DNA of 64,000 bases from an uncultured Thermoleophilaceae bacterium (GCA_963819115.1 CAWFUR010000012.1:163706-227705); one strand, 5' to 3'; numbered from the stretch's first letter, positions 8,572 to 19,860 are shown. Translations and numbers: made by a program. The notes: generated by a model not told the origin, from the sequence alone.

Positions 8572-10896
8572 GTGCGCGTCCTGTCGTCCTCGTTCGTAGC
8601 CCCGGCGCCCCCGATGCGCCTCTCGCGTACCGTCGGCGCGCTTCTGCTCGGCGTGATCGCGCTGTTCGCAGCATTCGCCGTTTCGGCGCCCGCGGCCGAC
8701 GCCGCCCTCAAGGCCCGCGGCAGCATCGACCAGGCCTACGTGCTCGGCGCGAAGAAGGCGCAGCACCTCAAGCTCGTCAGGCATGGCCGCGTGATCGACG
8801 CCGGCGCCGCCGACTCCTTCGGCAGCAAGATCTTCCGCGACCTGAAGCCCGGGCCCGGCTACGTCGTACGCGCCGGCCGCAAGCGCACCAGGGCGTTCCG
8901 GGTCCTTCGCCCCGGCGCGAATCCGCGCCCGGCTTTCTACAAGCGCAAGAAGCTCAAGCAGGGCCTGAACTACGTGCGCATGCGCGACGGCGTGGAGATC
9001 GCGATGACCGTGCGCCTGCCCCAGGGCAAGACCCTCGCGGATGGGCCCTTCCCCACGATCATCGAGTACTCCGGCTACCAGACGGCCGCCCCGCACGACC
9101 TGCTCCAGTCGGTGATCGACTCCCTCGGCGGCAGCGGCGCCCCGGCCGACCCGCTCGCGCCCGCCACCTCGACCGCGGTGGGCTCCTTGATCGCACCGCT
9201 GATCGGCTTCGCCGTGGTGAGCGTTCAGATGCGCGGCTCGGGCTGCTCCGGCGGCGCGTTCGACCTCTTCGACTACCCCACGACCTTCGATGGCTACGAC
9301 GCGGTGGAGACCGTGGGCGCGCAGAGCTGGGTCAAGGGCGGCAAGGTCGGAATGGGCGGCATCTCCTTCTCCGGAATCACGCAGCTCTTCGTCGCGGGCA
9401 CGCGGCCCCCGCACCTGGCGGCCATCACCCCGATGTCGGTCACCGACGACATCTACACCGGCACGGGCTACCCGGGCGGCATCTTCAACTCCGGCTTTGC
9501 GCAGACCTGGATCCAGGAGCGCATGGACGACGCCGAGCCGGCGCCCCAGGGTGGGCAGCCCTGGGCGCGCGAGCTCACGAAGCAGGGCGACAAGCACTGC
9601 ATCGCCAACCAGAAGCTCCGGCTCCAGACCCAGGACGCGCTCCAGCTTCAGAAGGAGAACCCCTTCCGCACGCCGTCGCTGTTCGCCCATCGCGCCCCCG
9701 GGGCGTGGCTGAAGCGGGCGAAGGTGCCGATCTTCCTGGTCGGCCAGTTCCAGGACGAGCAGACGAGCGGGCACTTCGCCGAGGCGCTCAAGTACCTGAA
9801 CGGAAAGCCGAACGTGTTCATCTCGCTTCAGAACGGCGTGCACGCCGACTCGCTGGGGCCGAAGACGATCACCCGCTGGGCCGAGTTCCTGAACCTCTAC
9901 GTGGCCGACAAGATCCCGGTTCTGCCCGGCACGGTGATCAGCCTCAGCGGCGTGCTCTACCAGTACCTCGCCGACGCCGGCGCGGCGCCCGTCGAGCAGT
10001 CTCGCTACGCGACCTACACGAGCGTCGCCGCCGCCAAGGCCGACTTCAAGAAGGACCCGCACGTCCGGCTGCTCTTCGACAACGGCGCCGGCCCCCAGGG
10101 CGCCGGCTCGATCGGCTCAACGTGGGAGCTCGGCTACAGCGCCTGGCCGCCGAAGCAGGCCAGGGCCACGCGCTACTTCCTCGGCGCCGGCGGCTCGCTG
10201 GGCGCGAAGCCGTCCAAGCGGGGATCGGCCAGCTACACGGCCGACCCGAACGCCCGCCCGCGCCAGACGCTCGCGGGCGACGGGGCCGAGGACGCCTGGA
10301 AGGCGCAGCCGCCCTACAACTGGGCTCCTCTGGCCGCCGGCAAGGGCCTGGGCTGGGTCACGGGCGCGCTGGCCAGGGACACCGTCATCGCCGGCCCGTC
10401 CAGTCTCGACCTGTACGTCAAGTCGTCCGCGAAGGACACAGACTTCCAGGTCACGCTCAGCGAGGTCAGGCCCGACGGCAACGAGACCTATGTCCAGAAC
10501 GGCTGGCTTCGTGCCTCGCACCGGAAGCTGGACCGGCGCCGGTCCACCGCGCTCGATCCCTTCCCCACGCATCTCGAGAGGGACGCCGCGCCGCTGCCCA
10601 GGGGCAAGTACACGCTCGTACGTGTGCCGTTCTTCGCGGTGGCCCATGCCTTCCGCGCGGGCTCGAAGATCCGGGTGACGGTCGAGGCCACGGGCGGCGA
10701 CCGCCCGCGCTGGGCCTTCGCCACCATCGACAGGGGTACCACCAGGAACACGATCAGCCTGGGCGGCGCCCGCGCGTCCAGCCTGGTGCTGCCGGTGCTG
10801 TCCGGCGCCACCGCCAAGGGCACTCCGCTGCCGGGCGCCACCGCGCTCCGCGGCGAGCCCAACCGCACGTACACCGCCGCTTCCAACGGCGGCTGA
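8572..10896 (+). CDS. CocE/NonD family hydrolase (S15 X-Pro dipeptidyl-peptidase-like), secreted
   Basis: Signal peptide, GISFSGITQ nucleophile elbow, and a long C-terminal beta-sandwich region. An alternative start is at 8614. Confidence 0.8.
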   Translation: MRVLSSSFVAPAPPMRLSRTVGALLLGVIALFAAFAVSAPAADAALKARGSIDQAYVLGAKKAQHLKLVRHGRVIDAGAADSFGSKIFRDLKPGPGYVVRAGRKRTRAFRVLRPGANPRPAFYKRKKLKQGLNYVRMRDGVEIAMTVRLPQGKTLADGPFPTIIEYSGYQTAAPHDLLQSVIDSLGGSGAPADPLAPATSTAVGSLIAPLIGFAVVSVQMRGSGCSGGAFDLFDYPTTFDGYDAVETVGAQSWVKGGKVGMGGISFSGITQLFVAGTRPPHLAAITPMSVTDDIYTGTGYPGGIFNSGFAQTWIQERMDDAEPAPQGGQPWARELTKQGDKHCIANQKLRLQTQDALQLQKENPFRTPSLFAHRAPGAWLKRAKVPIFLVGQFQDEQTSGHFAEALKYLNGKPNVFISLQNGVHADSLGPKTITRWAEFLNLYVADKIPVLPGTVISLSGVLYQYLADAGAAPVEQSRYATYTSVAAAKADFKKDPHVRLLFDNGAGPQGAGSIGSTWELGYSAWPPKQARATRYFLGAGGSLGAKPSKRGSASYTADPNARPRQTLAGDGAEDAWKAQPPYNWAPLAAGKGLGWVTGALARDTVIAGPSSLDLYVKSSAKDTDFQVTLSEVRPDGNETYVQNGWLRASHRKLDRRRSTALDPFPTHLERDAAPLPRGKYTLVRVPFFAVAHAFRAGSKIRVTVEATGGDRPRWAFATIDRGTTRNTISLGGARASSLVLPVLSGATAKGTPLPGATALRGEPNRTYTAASNGG

Positions 10897-10935
10897 GCAC
10901 CGCGCCCGGGCCCGGGCGTCCGGCATGATGTCCCG

Positions 10936-11807
10936 GTGACCGCGATCGAGGACTGGTGGGCGGAGGGCGACCGGGTGGAGCTGGAGCTACGCGGGTCACC
11001 CCGCTCCATCTTCGTCCACCGAGCGGGATCGGGCCCGCCGATGACGCTCCTCCACGGCTTCCCGAGCTCCTCCCACGACTGGCACAAGGTTGCGCCGGCG
11101 CTCGCCGCGAGCCACACCCTCATCGCGCCCGACTTCCTCGGATTCGGGGCGTCCGACAAGCCGGCCGAGCACGACTACTCGATCCACGAGCAGGCCGACC
11201 TGGTCGAGGCGTTGTGGGCCCGCGAAGGCGTCGAGTCGACCGTGGTGGTGGCCCACGACTACGCCGTGTCGGTGGCACAGGAGCTTCTGGCCCGTCGCGC
11301 CAAGGGCGGGCTCGCGGTGGAGATCGAGGCGCTCCACCTTCTGAACGGCGGCCTCTACCCCGACGTGCACCGGCCCCAGCCGATCCAGCTGGCGTTGCTG
11401 GACCCTGAGCAGGGACCGCTCGTGAGCGCCGCGTCGACCGAGGAGCTGTTCGTGATGGGCCTGGCGCCGACGTTCGCGGACGACTACGACGCGGCCGAGG
11501 ACGCCACGGCGATCTGGCGCTCGATGAGCCGCGACGGCGGCCAGCTGATCTCGTACCGCCTGATCCGCTACCTGATCGACCGCCAGGACAACGCGGAGCG
11601 CTGGGCCGGTGCGCTCGAGACCGTGGCGGTGCCGACCGCCTTCGTGTGGGGGATGCTCGATCCCGTGTCCGGCGCCCACATGGCAGAGCGGATCCGCGAG
11701 CGCCTTCCCAGCGCTCCCTTCACGGCTCTCGCTGATGTGTCCCACTGGCCCCAGCTCGAGGCGCCAAAGCGGGTGGCCGAGGCCCTCCTGGCCGGCGTGC
11801 CGCGCGC

Positions 11808-11811
<4 letters not shown>
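10936..11811 (+). CDS. alpha/beta hydrolase (epoxide hydrolase/dehalogenase-like, Asp nucleophile)
   Basis: HGFPSSSHDW oxyanion motif, VVVAHDYAVSV elbow and C-terminal SHWPQLEAP His block. Confidence 0.8.
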
Positions 11812-13463
<1,652 letters not shown>

Positions 13464-13537
13464 GCAGCGGGCCACCTTAGAGGCCTTCGCGCGCCGTTCG
13501 CCCATGTGTGGACAGGCCGGGGGGTTCGCGAGTACGC

Positions 13538-13551
13538 TTGCTCTAGCAATA
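13538..13551. promoter_or_regulatory. CTTGC-N4-GCAA inverted repeat immediately upstream of the marR start (candidate autoregulatory operator)
   Basis: The sequence is cttgctctagcaat, which ends 2 nt before ATG 13553. The same half-sites recur upstream of yceI. Confidence 0.45.
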
Positions 13552-13552
13552 A

Positions 13553-14068
13553 ATGGCCGCTAATCCTGAAGAAACCGTCGCCACATGTCGCACCCTCGTC
13601 GGTGACGATGGGATTCGGTCGTGGTCGGACACGCACGCGGATGCGTGGATCGGGATGCTCGAGGCTCACAAGCGGCTGACGCGCGAGCTCGAGTCCGAGC
13701 TCGAGGCCGAGTACGGCCTCAGCCTCAGCGGGGTGGAGCTGCTGGGCCGGCTGGCGGCCGCGGAGCAGCGCATGCTCCGGCTCACGGAGCTGGCGGGTCG
13801 CGCCGGGCTCAGCGTGAGCAGGGTGTCCCGCATCACGGACATGCTCGAGGCCCGCGGCCTCGTGGAGCGCCGTCCCTGCCCGGCTGACGCCCGGGCCAAG
13901 AACGCCTTCCTCACCGACGCCGGGCTGGAGCTTCTGCGCGCCGCCCAGGCCACCCACTTCGCCGGTGTGGAGGAGCGCTTCTTCGACCGGCTCGAGCCCG
14001 GAGAGGTGGAGGCGCTGGCCTTGATCTTCTCCCGCTTCGCGCCGGGCGCCGCATCCGACTGCACCTAG
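13553..14068 (+). CDS. MarR family transcriptional regulator
   Basis: Winged-helix core LSLSGVELLGRLAAAEQRMLRLTELAGRAGLSVSRVSRITDMLEARGLVERR. Confidence 0.85.
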   Translation: MAANPEETVATCRTLVGDDGIRSWSDTHADAWIGMLEAHKRLTRELESELEAEYGLSLSGVELLGRLAAAEQRMLRLTELAGRAGLSVSRVSRITDMLEARGLVERRPCPADARAKNAFLTDAGLELLRAAQATHFAGVEERFFDRLEPGEVEALALIFSRFAPGAASDCT

Positions 14069-14075
14069 GAAAGCC

Positions 14076-14122
14076 GGGTCCGGTGCTCGGCCCGATCACC
14101 GATCGGGCCTGCGCTCCTCCCT
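14076..14122. repeat. REP-like intergenic element, copy A (contains terminator-like hairpin)
   Basis: The arms GGGTCCGGTGCTCG and CTGCGCTCCTCCCT are identical to those of the copies at 14812-14909. The central hairpin differs. Confidence 0.7.
14089..14109 (+). terminator. hairpin after marR (9-bp stem ggcccgatc/gatcgggcc, 3-nt loop), TTTT 14 nt downstream
   Basis: Perfect stem read directly from the sequence. It begins 21 nt after the marR stop. Confidence 0.45.
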
Positions 14123-14163
14123 TTTGGGCGCCCTTGACGGAACCTCCTACGAGGTCGTTGCGC

Positions 14164-14177
14164 GCGCAAGCTTGCGC
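14164..14177. promoter_or_regulatory. perfect 14-bp palindrome GCGCAAGCTTGCGC (candidate MarR operator)
   Basis: Self-complementary 14-mer in the marR-yceI intergenic region. Confidence 0.5.
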
Positions 14178-14198
14178 CCGCAATGAATTGGTGCTACC

Positions 14199-14226
14199 CT
14201 TGCGCTAACAAGCTTGCGCTAGCAAG
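14199..14226. promoter_or_regulatory. tandem 14-mers CTTGCGCTAaCAAG / CTTGCGCTAGCAAG upstream of yceI
   Basis: Two adjacent copies of the CTTGC-N4/5-(G)CAAG motif, 26 nt upstream of ATG 14252. A possible TTGCGC-17-TACCCT promoter lies at 14172-14200. Confidence 0.45.
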
Positions 14227-14251
14227 CACATCACTTCGACAGGAGATCCAA

Positions 14252-14809
14252 ATGAGCACCGTCACCTCCGTTACCGCAGTACCCACCGGCACGTGGAACG
14301 TCGACCCGTCTCACTCGAACGTGGAGTTTCAGGTCAAGCACCTGGGCATCGCCACCGTACGCGGCCACTTCGCCGAGTTCGAAGGCTCCCTGCACGTGGA
14401 CGAGGACACGCGCGAGGTCAAGGCCAGGGGGCTGGTCAAGGCCGGCTCGGTGAACACCAACGAGGACAAGCGCGACGACCACCTCCGCTCCGCCGACTTC
14501 TTCGACGTGGAGCAGTACGAGCACATCGAGTTCGACTCGAAGTCGATCGTCCCGCTGGACGACGACACGTTCGAGATCACCGGCGACCTCACTCTCCACG
14601 GCGTGACCCGCGAGATCACGCTGAAGGCCGAGGTCACGGGCACCGAGGAGGACCCGTGGGGCAACGAGCGCGTGGGCCTCGAGGTCACCGGCCAGCTGAA
14701 CCGCGGTGACTACGGCATGACCTTCAACCAGGCTCTCGGCAGCGGCAACATGCTGGTGTCGGACAAGGTGAAGCTCGCGCTCGACATTTCCGCCGTCAAG
14801 CAGGCGTAA
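14252..14809 (+). CDS. YceI family (polyisoprenoid-binding) protein
   Basis: WNVDPSHSNVEFQVKHLGIATVRGHF and KRDDHLRSADFFDV are typical YceI blocks. AGGAG RBS lies upstream of ATG 14252. Confidence 0.85.
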   Translation: MSTVTSVTAVPTGTWNVDPSHSNVEFQVKHLGIATVRGHFAEFEGSLHVDEDTREVKARGLVKAGSVNTNEDKRDDHLRSADFFDVEQYEHIEFDSKSIVPLDDDTFEITGDLTLHGVTREITLKAEVTGTEEDPWGNERVGLEVTGQLNRGDYGMTFNQALGSGNMLVSDKVKLALDISAVKQA

Positions 14810-14811
14810 AT

Positions 14812-14909
14812 TCGGGGTCCGGTGCTCGCCCGGCCGGCGCCCGGGCTGCGCTCCTCCCTAATCGGGGTCCGGTGCTCGCCCGGCCGGCGCCCGGGCTGCG
14901 CTCCTCCCT
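14812..14909. repeat. REP-like element, two perfect 48-nt copies in tandem (period 50 bp)
   Basis: tcggggtccggtgctcgcccggccggcgcccgggctgcgctcctccct occurs at 14812-14859 and 14862-14909. Internal hairpin is gcccgg/ccgggc. Confidence 0.9.
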
Positions 14910-14991
14910 GCAGCATTGGCCGAGGGCCGGCGGCGCCACGCGTCGCCGGCCCTTTTGCATGCCCAGGCGACGTGGGCGACACTACGGACCC

Positions 14992-16980
14992 ATGCGCGCC
15001 CATCTGCTCGCCGCGTTTCTGATCTGCGCCGCTCTCGCGCCGGCGACCGCCGGGGCCGCGCCGGCCCAGCGCATGAAGGTGGGCACCCTGGTGCTCCGGC
15101 CCTGCCCGGACGGGACGCGCTGGATGTGCGGAAAGATCCGCCGCCGCCTTGATCCCGCACGCCCCGCCGGCCCGCACATCCGGATCGGCTTTCGCTGGCT
15201 GCCCGCCAAGGACGGGCCCAGCGGCAGGCCTCCGCTCGTCGCGGTCGAGGGCGGGCCCGGGTACCCGTCCACCGGCACGCGCGTGGAGTACCGCGGGATC
15301 TTCGGCCCCCTCCTGCGCAAGCGCGATCTGCTCCTGGTGGACAACCGGGGCACCGGCACGTCCGCGCTCATCCGGTGCCGGCGACTACAGCGGTACACCG
15401 GGGTCAGCTCAGGGCCCGGCTTCCCCGGGATCGTGGCCGGGTGCGCGCGTGCGATCGAGCGCCACTATCGCCGTCCCGGCCGGCCGGCCGTGCACGCGGC
15501 CGACCTCTTCGCCACCGCCTACGCGGTGGGAGACCTGGAGGCGGTTCTGAGGCGCCTTCGCCTGCGTCACATCGCCCTCTACGGCGACTCCTACGGCACG
15601 TGGTTCGTCCAGTCCTACATCTCGCGTTATCGCAAGCGCCTCGACTCGGTTCTGCTCGACTCCGCCTACCCGGTGCGTGGGCTCGACCCCTGGTACGCCT
15701 CGTCGGGAGAGGTGGCGCGGCGCGCCTTCGATGCCGTGTGCGAACGCGACGCGGGCTGTTCCGCGGCCGCGCCCGGGAGCGCCGTGGAGCGCCTCGGCCG
15801 GCTGGTGGCTCGGTTGCGGCAGGCTCCCATCACCGGCGTCACGCGGGACTCCGACGGTAGCCGGCTGCGCGCCCGCGTGGACGTGCGTGCGGTGGTCGAC
15901 ATGATCCAGGACGCGGCGTCCGAGCCCAACATCTACCGGGAGCTGGATGCGTCGGTGCGAGCCGCGCTCGGCGGCGACGATGTTCCGCTGCTGCGGCTGG
16001 TGGCCCAGACGCAGAGCTACCTGCACGGCGCGAGCCCGGCGGACTACTTCTCGAACGGGCTCTACTTCGCGGTCAGCTGCATGGACTATCCGCAGCTTTT
16101 CTCGATGCACTCCACGCCGGCGCAGCGCCGCGCGCAGCTGGCGGCGCGCCTGCTGGCCCCGCCGCCCGGTGCGTTCACGCCGTTCACCGCCCGCGAGTGG
16201 TTCACGATGAGCGCCTACTCGGAGCCCTACGAGGCATGTCTCGATTGGCCCCGCCCCGCGCACACCGCACCGGTGGCCGACCCGACGTCCACGCCGCTCC
16301 CCGCGTCCGTCCCACTGCTTGTGGTGGGGGGCGACCTGGATTCGCTCACCCCCGTCACCGACGCACCACTGTTCGTGCCCGGCCTGGGGGCGAACACGCG
16401 GGTAATCACCGTGCCCAACACGGTGCACGTGGACTCGCAGGGGTACACGCCGCTGCTGAACGGGACCAGGTGCGTAAGGCGGATCATCCGCGCCTTCGTG
16501 CGCGCGCCCGCCGCGATGGCCACGCTCGATGCGAGCTGCACGTCCGGAGTGCCGCCCGTGCACACGCCGGGCGCCTATCCGGTGAGGCTCGCGCAGGCCG
16601 CCGCCGCCACGCTCGTGTCCGGCTCCGATCCGGGGGCCGGGCCACGTCGGGCGGCCACCGTGGCCGCGGGCGCACTGGCCGACGCGACCGTCCGGCGCTT
16701 CTACTCGGGCGGGGCGCGCGGTCCCGGGCTGCGGGGCGGGACCTTCAGGGCGCGCGGCGACGGTCCGGTACGCCTCCGCCTGCGCCGGGTCAGGTTCGTG
16801 CGCGACGCGACCGTGGACGGCAGGGCCTCGTGGCGGCCCTCGACGGGGGCCGCCAAGGGCACGCTCTCGGTCAGGCTGCCGGGCGGCGCGAGGGTCCGCG
16901 TGAGCGTCTCGTGGAACCAGCGCTCCCGTTTCGCGCGGGCCCGCATAGCGGATACGGAACTCACACTTCCGGCTCCCTGA
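14992..16980 (+). CDS. secreted alpha/beta hydrolase, S33 tripeptidyl-aminopeptidase (TAP)-like
   Basis: Signal peptide MRAHLLAAFLICAALAPATAGA and nucleophile elbow LYGDSYGTWF. I chose the ATG at 14992, outside the tandem repeat. Confidence 0.75.
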   Translation: MRAHLLAAFLICAALAPATAGAAPAQRMKVGTLVLRPCPDGTRWMCGKIRRRLDPARPAGPHIRIGFRWLPAKDGPSGRPPLVAVEGGPGYPSTGTRVEYRGIFGPLLRKRDLLLVDNRGTGTSALIRCRRLQRYTGVSSGPGFPGIVAGCARAIERHYRRPGRPAVHAADLFATAYAVGDLEAVLRRLRLRHIALYGDSYGTWFVQSYISRYRKRLDSVLLDSAYPVRGLDPWYASSGEVARRAFDAVCERDAGCSAAAPGSAVERLGRLVARLRQAPITGVTRDSDGSRLRARVDVRAVVDMIQDAASEPNIYRELDASVRAALGGDDVPLLRLVAQTQSYLHGASPADYFSNGLYFAVSCMDYPQLFSMHSTPAQRRAQLAARLLAPPPGAFTPFTAREWFTMSAYSEPYEACLDWPRPAHTAPVADPTSTPLPASVPLLVVGGDLDSLTPVTDAPLFVPGLGANTRVITVPNTVHVDSQGYTPLLNGTRCVRRIIRAFVRAPAAMATLDASCTSGVPPVHTPGAYPVRLAQAAAATLVSGSDPGAGPRRAATVAAGALADATVRRFYSGGARGPGLRGGTFRARGDGPVRLRLRRVRFVRDATVDGRASWRPSTGAAKGTLSVRLPGGARVRVSVSWNQRSRFARARIADTELTLPAP

Positions 16981-17093
16981 GGTCCGTGTCACCCCTATGG
17001 GGTGGGTCAGTCGGATGACTTACTGCGTATGCAGGACGCACGGACGGAAAGCCGGTTGACGCCCCGCGCTCAGGAGGTACCCTCAAATGCGGG

Positions 17094-18026
17094 ATGAGAC
17101 AAGAAGACTTCCGGCATGAGGCTCTGCTGTATGCCGGAGAGGACGACTTCCTGAAGCGGACCGTTCCGTTTCTCCGGGAGGGCGTGGAGGCTGGTGAGCC
17201 CGCATTCGTGGTGCTGAACGCGGACAGGCTCCGCGCGCTGCGTGCCGAGCTGAACGGCCACGCCGAGGGGGTGCATTTCGCCGACATGGCGGCGGTGGGC
17301 GCCAACCCGGCCTGCATCATTCCGGCGTGGCGCCAGTTCGTGGACAAGCATTCCGCGGGCGGCCGCCCGCTGAGGGGCATCGGCGAGCCGATCTGGCCAG
17401 ACAGGAGCTCCGCCGAGCTCGTTGAGTGCCAGCGCCACGAATCGCTCCTGAACCTCGCCTTCGCCGGCACCCCCAGCTTCCGGCTGCTGTGCCCGTACGA
17501 CACGGAGGCCCTCGATCCAGCCGTGATCGACGAGGCGCTGCGCAGCCATCCGATCGTGGTCAACGGCCACGGTCCCGAGACGAGCGATTCCTTCCGTGAC
17601 CTCGACGAGGTGGCCGCGCCGTTCTCCGAGCCTCTCCCCGAGGCGGAGGTCGAGCCTCGCGTCGCCGTCTTCCAGGCCACCACGCTCGCCGCCCTTCGGG
17701 CTTTCGTGGCCCGCGAGGCGATTGCGGCCGGCCTCTCGGAGCGCAACCGCGACGGCCTCGTGCTCGCCGCGAACGAGGTGGCCACGAACAGCGTCCGCCA
17801 CGGCGGCGGCGGCGGGATCATCCGCCTGTGGCAGACCGAGGACGCGCTGCTCTGCGAGATCCACGACACCGGCCACATCGAGGATCCGCTCGTCGGGCGA
17901 GTGCGCCCGGCGCCGGAGCAGCTTGGCGGTCACGGACTCTGGATGGCCAACCAGGTCTGTGACCTGGTGCAGGTGCGGACCTTCCCGGGGGGGAACGTCG
18001 TCCGCCTGCACATGCGCCGCCGGTAG
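17094..18026 (+). CDS. MEDS-domain / RsbA-family anti-sigma regulatory protein (HATPase-like C-terminus)
   Basis: N-terminus FRHEALLYAGEDDFL (MEDS-like). C-terminus NEVATNSVRHGGG...HDTGHI...GGHGLWMANQ (SpoIIAB/RsbW-type ATPase). Confidence 0.7.
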   Translation: MRQEDFRHEALLYAGEDDFLKRTVPFLREGVEAGEPAFVVLNADRLRALRAELNGHAEGVHFADMAAVGANPACIIPAWRQFVDKHSAGGRPLRGIGEPIWPDRSSAELVECQRHESLLNLAFAGTPSFRLLCPYDTEALDPAVIDEALRSHPIVVNGHGPETSDSFRDLDEVAAPFSEPLPEAEVEPRVAVFQATTLAALRAFVAREAIAAGLSERNRDGLVLAANEVATNSVRHGGGGGIIRLWQTEDALLCEIHDTGHIEDPLVGRVRPAPEQLGGHGLWMANQVCDLVQVRTFPGGNVVRLHMRRR

Positions 18027-18028
18027 CG

Positions 18029-18790
18029 CTAGTCCACCGACCGCACGTGCGAGACCAGCCCATCCTCACCGAGGAGGTGGAGGGCATACCCCGGAGGCCC
18101 CTCGCCCAGTTCGATCGGCCGCTCCTCGCCGAGGTTCAGCTCGGCCGGCCGGAACGTGCTGGGGCAGGTGAAGACCTCGCAGCCTCCGATGCGGCCGACT
18201 GCCGCCGTGTGCACATGGCCGGTCACCACCCGTGCCACCTGAGGGTGCTCCTCGAGCAGTAGGGCGAGGGCGGCGCGGTCGGCTTCGGGAAGCCCGATGT
18301 CGTCGAGCGCGCGGACCCCGATCGAGATGGGCGGGTGGTGCATGGCCAGCAGGGTCGGCACGTCGCGTTCGCGTTGTAGCTCCTTCGCGAGCCGTGCGAG
18401 TCGCCGTGCGTCGAGCGACCCGCCGTCCTGCCCCGGCACGGTCGTGTCGCAGGCCACGAGACGAAGCGGACCCAGGCGGGTCGAGTAGCTCCACGGCTCC
18501 GCCTTCGATCCCGTGCCGGGGAAGTGGGCGTCCATCAAGGCGCCGTCGTCGTGGTTGCCGGGGAGCATGTGAATCGGCATTGGCACGGGGGCGAGCAGCT
18601 TCCCCACGCGCTCGTACTCCGCGGGCATGCCGTTCTCGGTGAGGTCACCGGTCACGACCACGGCCGCGGGCCGCGGGTCGAGCGCCAGCACGGCCTCCAC
18701 CACCGCCGCGAGCCGGTCCGCGCCCTGGTCGCCGTCAGCCGCGGCCCGAACGTGAAAGTCGGTCAGCTGAGCGAGGAGGAAGGACTCCAC
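18029..18790 (-). CDS. metallophosphoesterase (CpdA/GpdQ-like phosphodiesterase)
   Basis: Motifs VVVTGDLTENG, LPGNHDD, AMHHPP and VVTGHVH. Confidence 0.85.
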   Translation of the reverse strand: MESFLLAQLTDFHVRAAADGDQGADRLAAVVEAVLALDPRPAAVVVTGDLTENGMPAEYERVGKLLAPVPMPIHMLPGNHDDGALMDAHFPGTGSKAEPWSYSTRLGPLRLVACDTTVPGQDGGSLDARRLARLAKELQRERDVPTLLAMHHPPISIGVRALDDIGLPEADRAALALLLEEHPQVARVVTGHVHTAAVGRIGGCEVFTCPSTFRPAELNLGEERPIELGEGPPGYALHLLGEDGLVSHVRSVD

Positions 18791-18834
18791 GGCGCAATCG
18801 TGTCACGCCCGCCCGGCTCCGGTAGGGTCGCGCC

Positions 18835-19848
18835 ATGGCAGACCTGAACCGCCGTTTCCTGCTCCGCGAGCGCCCGACCGACCGCATCGGGCCCGACACC
18901 TTCGAGCTGGTGGAGGAGGAGGTGCCGGAGATCGGCGACGGGGAGGCGCTCATGCGCACTGAGTGGATGTCGCTCGACCCGACCAACCGCACGTGGATCG
19001 ACGACACGCCCACGTACCTTCCTCCGGTGGCCATCGGGGAGTGCATGCGCGCTCTCGGCCTCGCTCGGGTGGTGAAGTCGAACCATCCCGGCTACGAGGA
19101 GGGCAAGCTCATGCAGGGCCTCGTGGGCTGGCAGGAGTACACGGTGGCCTCCGATGCCGCGCCGCTGCTTCCCACTCCAGACCTCGACGTGCCCCCGAGC
19201 TCGTTCCTGGGCGTGCTCGGGATGACCGGGCTCACGGCCTGGGTCGGCATCACTGAGATCGGCAACCCGCAGCCCGGCGAGACCGTGGTGGTGTCCGCCG
19301 CCGCCGGCGCGGTCGGCTCGGTGGCCGGGCAGCTCGCCAAGGCGAAGGGCGCCCGTGTGGTGGGGATCGCCGGGGGTCCGGACAAGACCGCGATGCTCAC
19401 GAACGAGCTCGGCTTCGACGCCGTGGTGGACTACAAGGCGGACGACTGGCGTGAACAGCTCGCCGCGGCCACGCCCGACGGCATCGACGTGGACTTCGAG
19501 AACGTGGGTGGCGACATCATGGACGCGATCTTCGCCCGCCTGAACATCCGCTCACGGGTCGCGCTGTGCGGCCTGATCTCGGGCTACAACGAGGAGGGCG
19601 CACCGGCCGGGCCGCGCGCCTTCGGCAACCTGTTGATCAAGCGCTCCACCCTCCGTGGCTTCATCGTGCTCGACCACTTCCACCAGGCGCCCGAGGCCGT
19701 GGCCGAGATCTCCGGGCTGATGGCCGAGGGCAAGCTGAAGCCGCTCGAGACGGTGGTGGAGGGCTTCGAGCAACTGCCCGAGACCATCAACATGCTGTTC
19801 GACGGCGCGAACGTGGGCAAGCTCGTGGTGCGCCTGAACGGCGACTGA
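18835..19848 (+). CDS. NADP-dependent oxidoreductase, MDR superfamily (CurA/YncB-like enone reductase)
   Basis: AAAGAVGSVAGQLAK nucleotide-binding loop, with typical N- and C-terminal MDR blocks. Confidence 0.85.
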   Translation: MADLNRRFLLRERPTDRIGPDTFELVEEEVPEIGDGEALMRTEWMSLDPTNRTWIDDTPTYLPPVAIGECMRALGLARVVKSNHPGYEEGKLMQGLVGWQEYTVASDAAPLLPTPDLDVPPSSFLGVLGMTGLTAWVGITEIGNPQPGETVVVSAAAGAVGSVAGQLAKAKGARVVGIAGGPDKTAMLTNELGFDAVVDYKADDWREQLAAATPDGIDVDFENVGGDIMDAIFARLNIRSRVALCGLISGYNEEGAPAGPRAFGNLLIKRSTLRGFIVLDHFHQAPEAVAEISGLMAEGKLKPLETVVEGFEQLPETINMLFDGANVGKLVVRLNGD

Positions 19849-19860
19849 CCCCGAGCCGGC

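Noticed and set aside
14812-14909. Possible CRISPR array (regularly spaced repeats).
   Set aside because: There are only two copies, directly adjacent with a 2-nt gap and no spacers, and no cas genes in the window. It is better explained as a tandem duplication of a REP-like element. No CRISPR array was seen anywhere in the window.
14872-14991. ORF-track start of the S33 peptidase at 14872.
   Set aside because: That start lies inside the second copy of the 48-nt tandem repeat, and the identical peptide MLARPAPGLRSSL appears in another ORF from the first copy. ATG 14992 gives a clean signal peptide.
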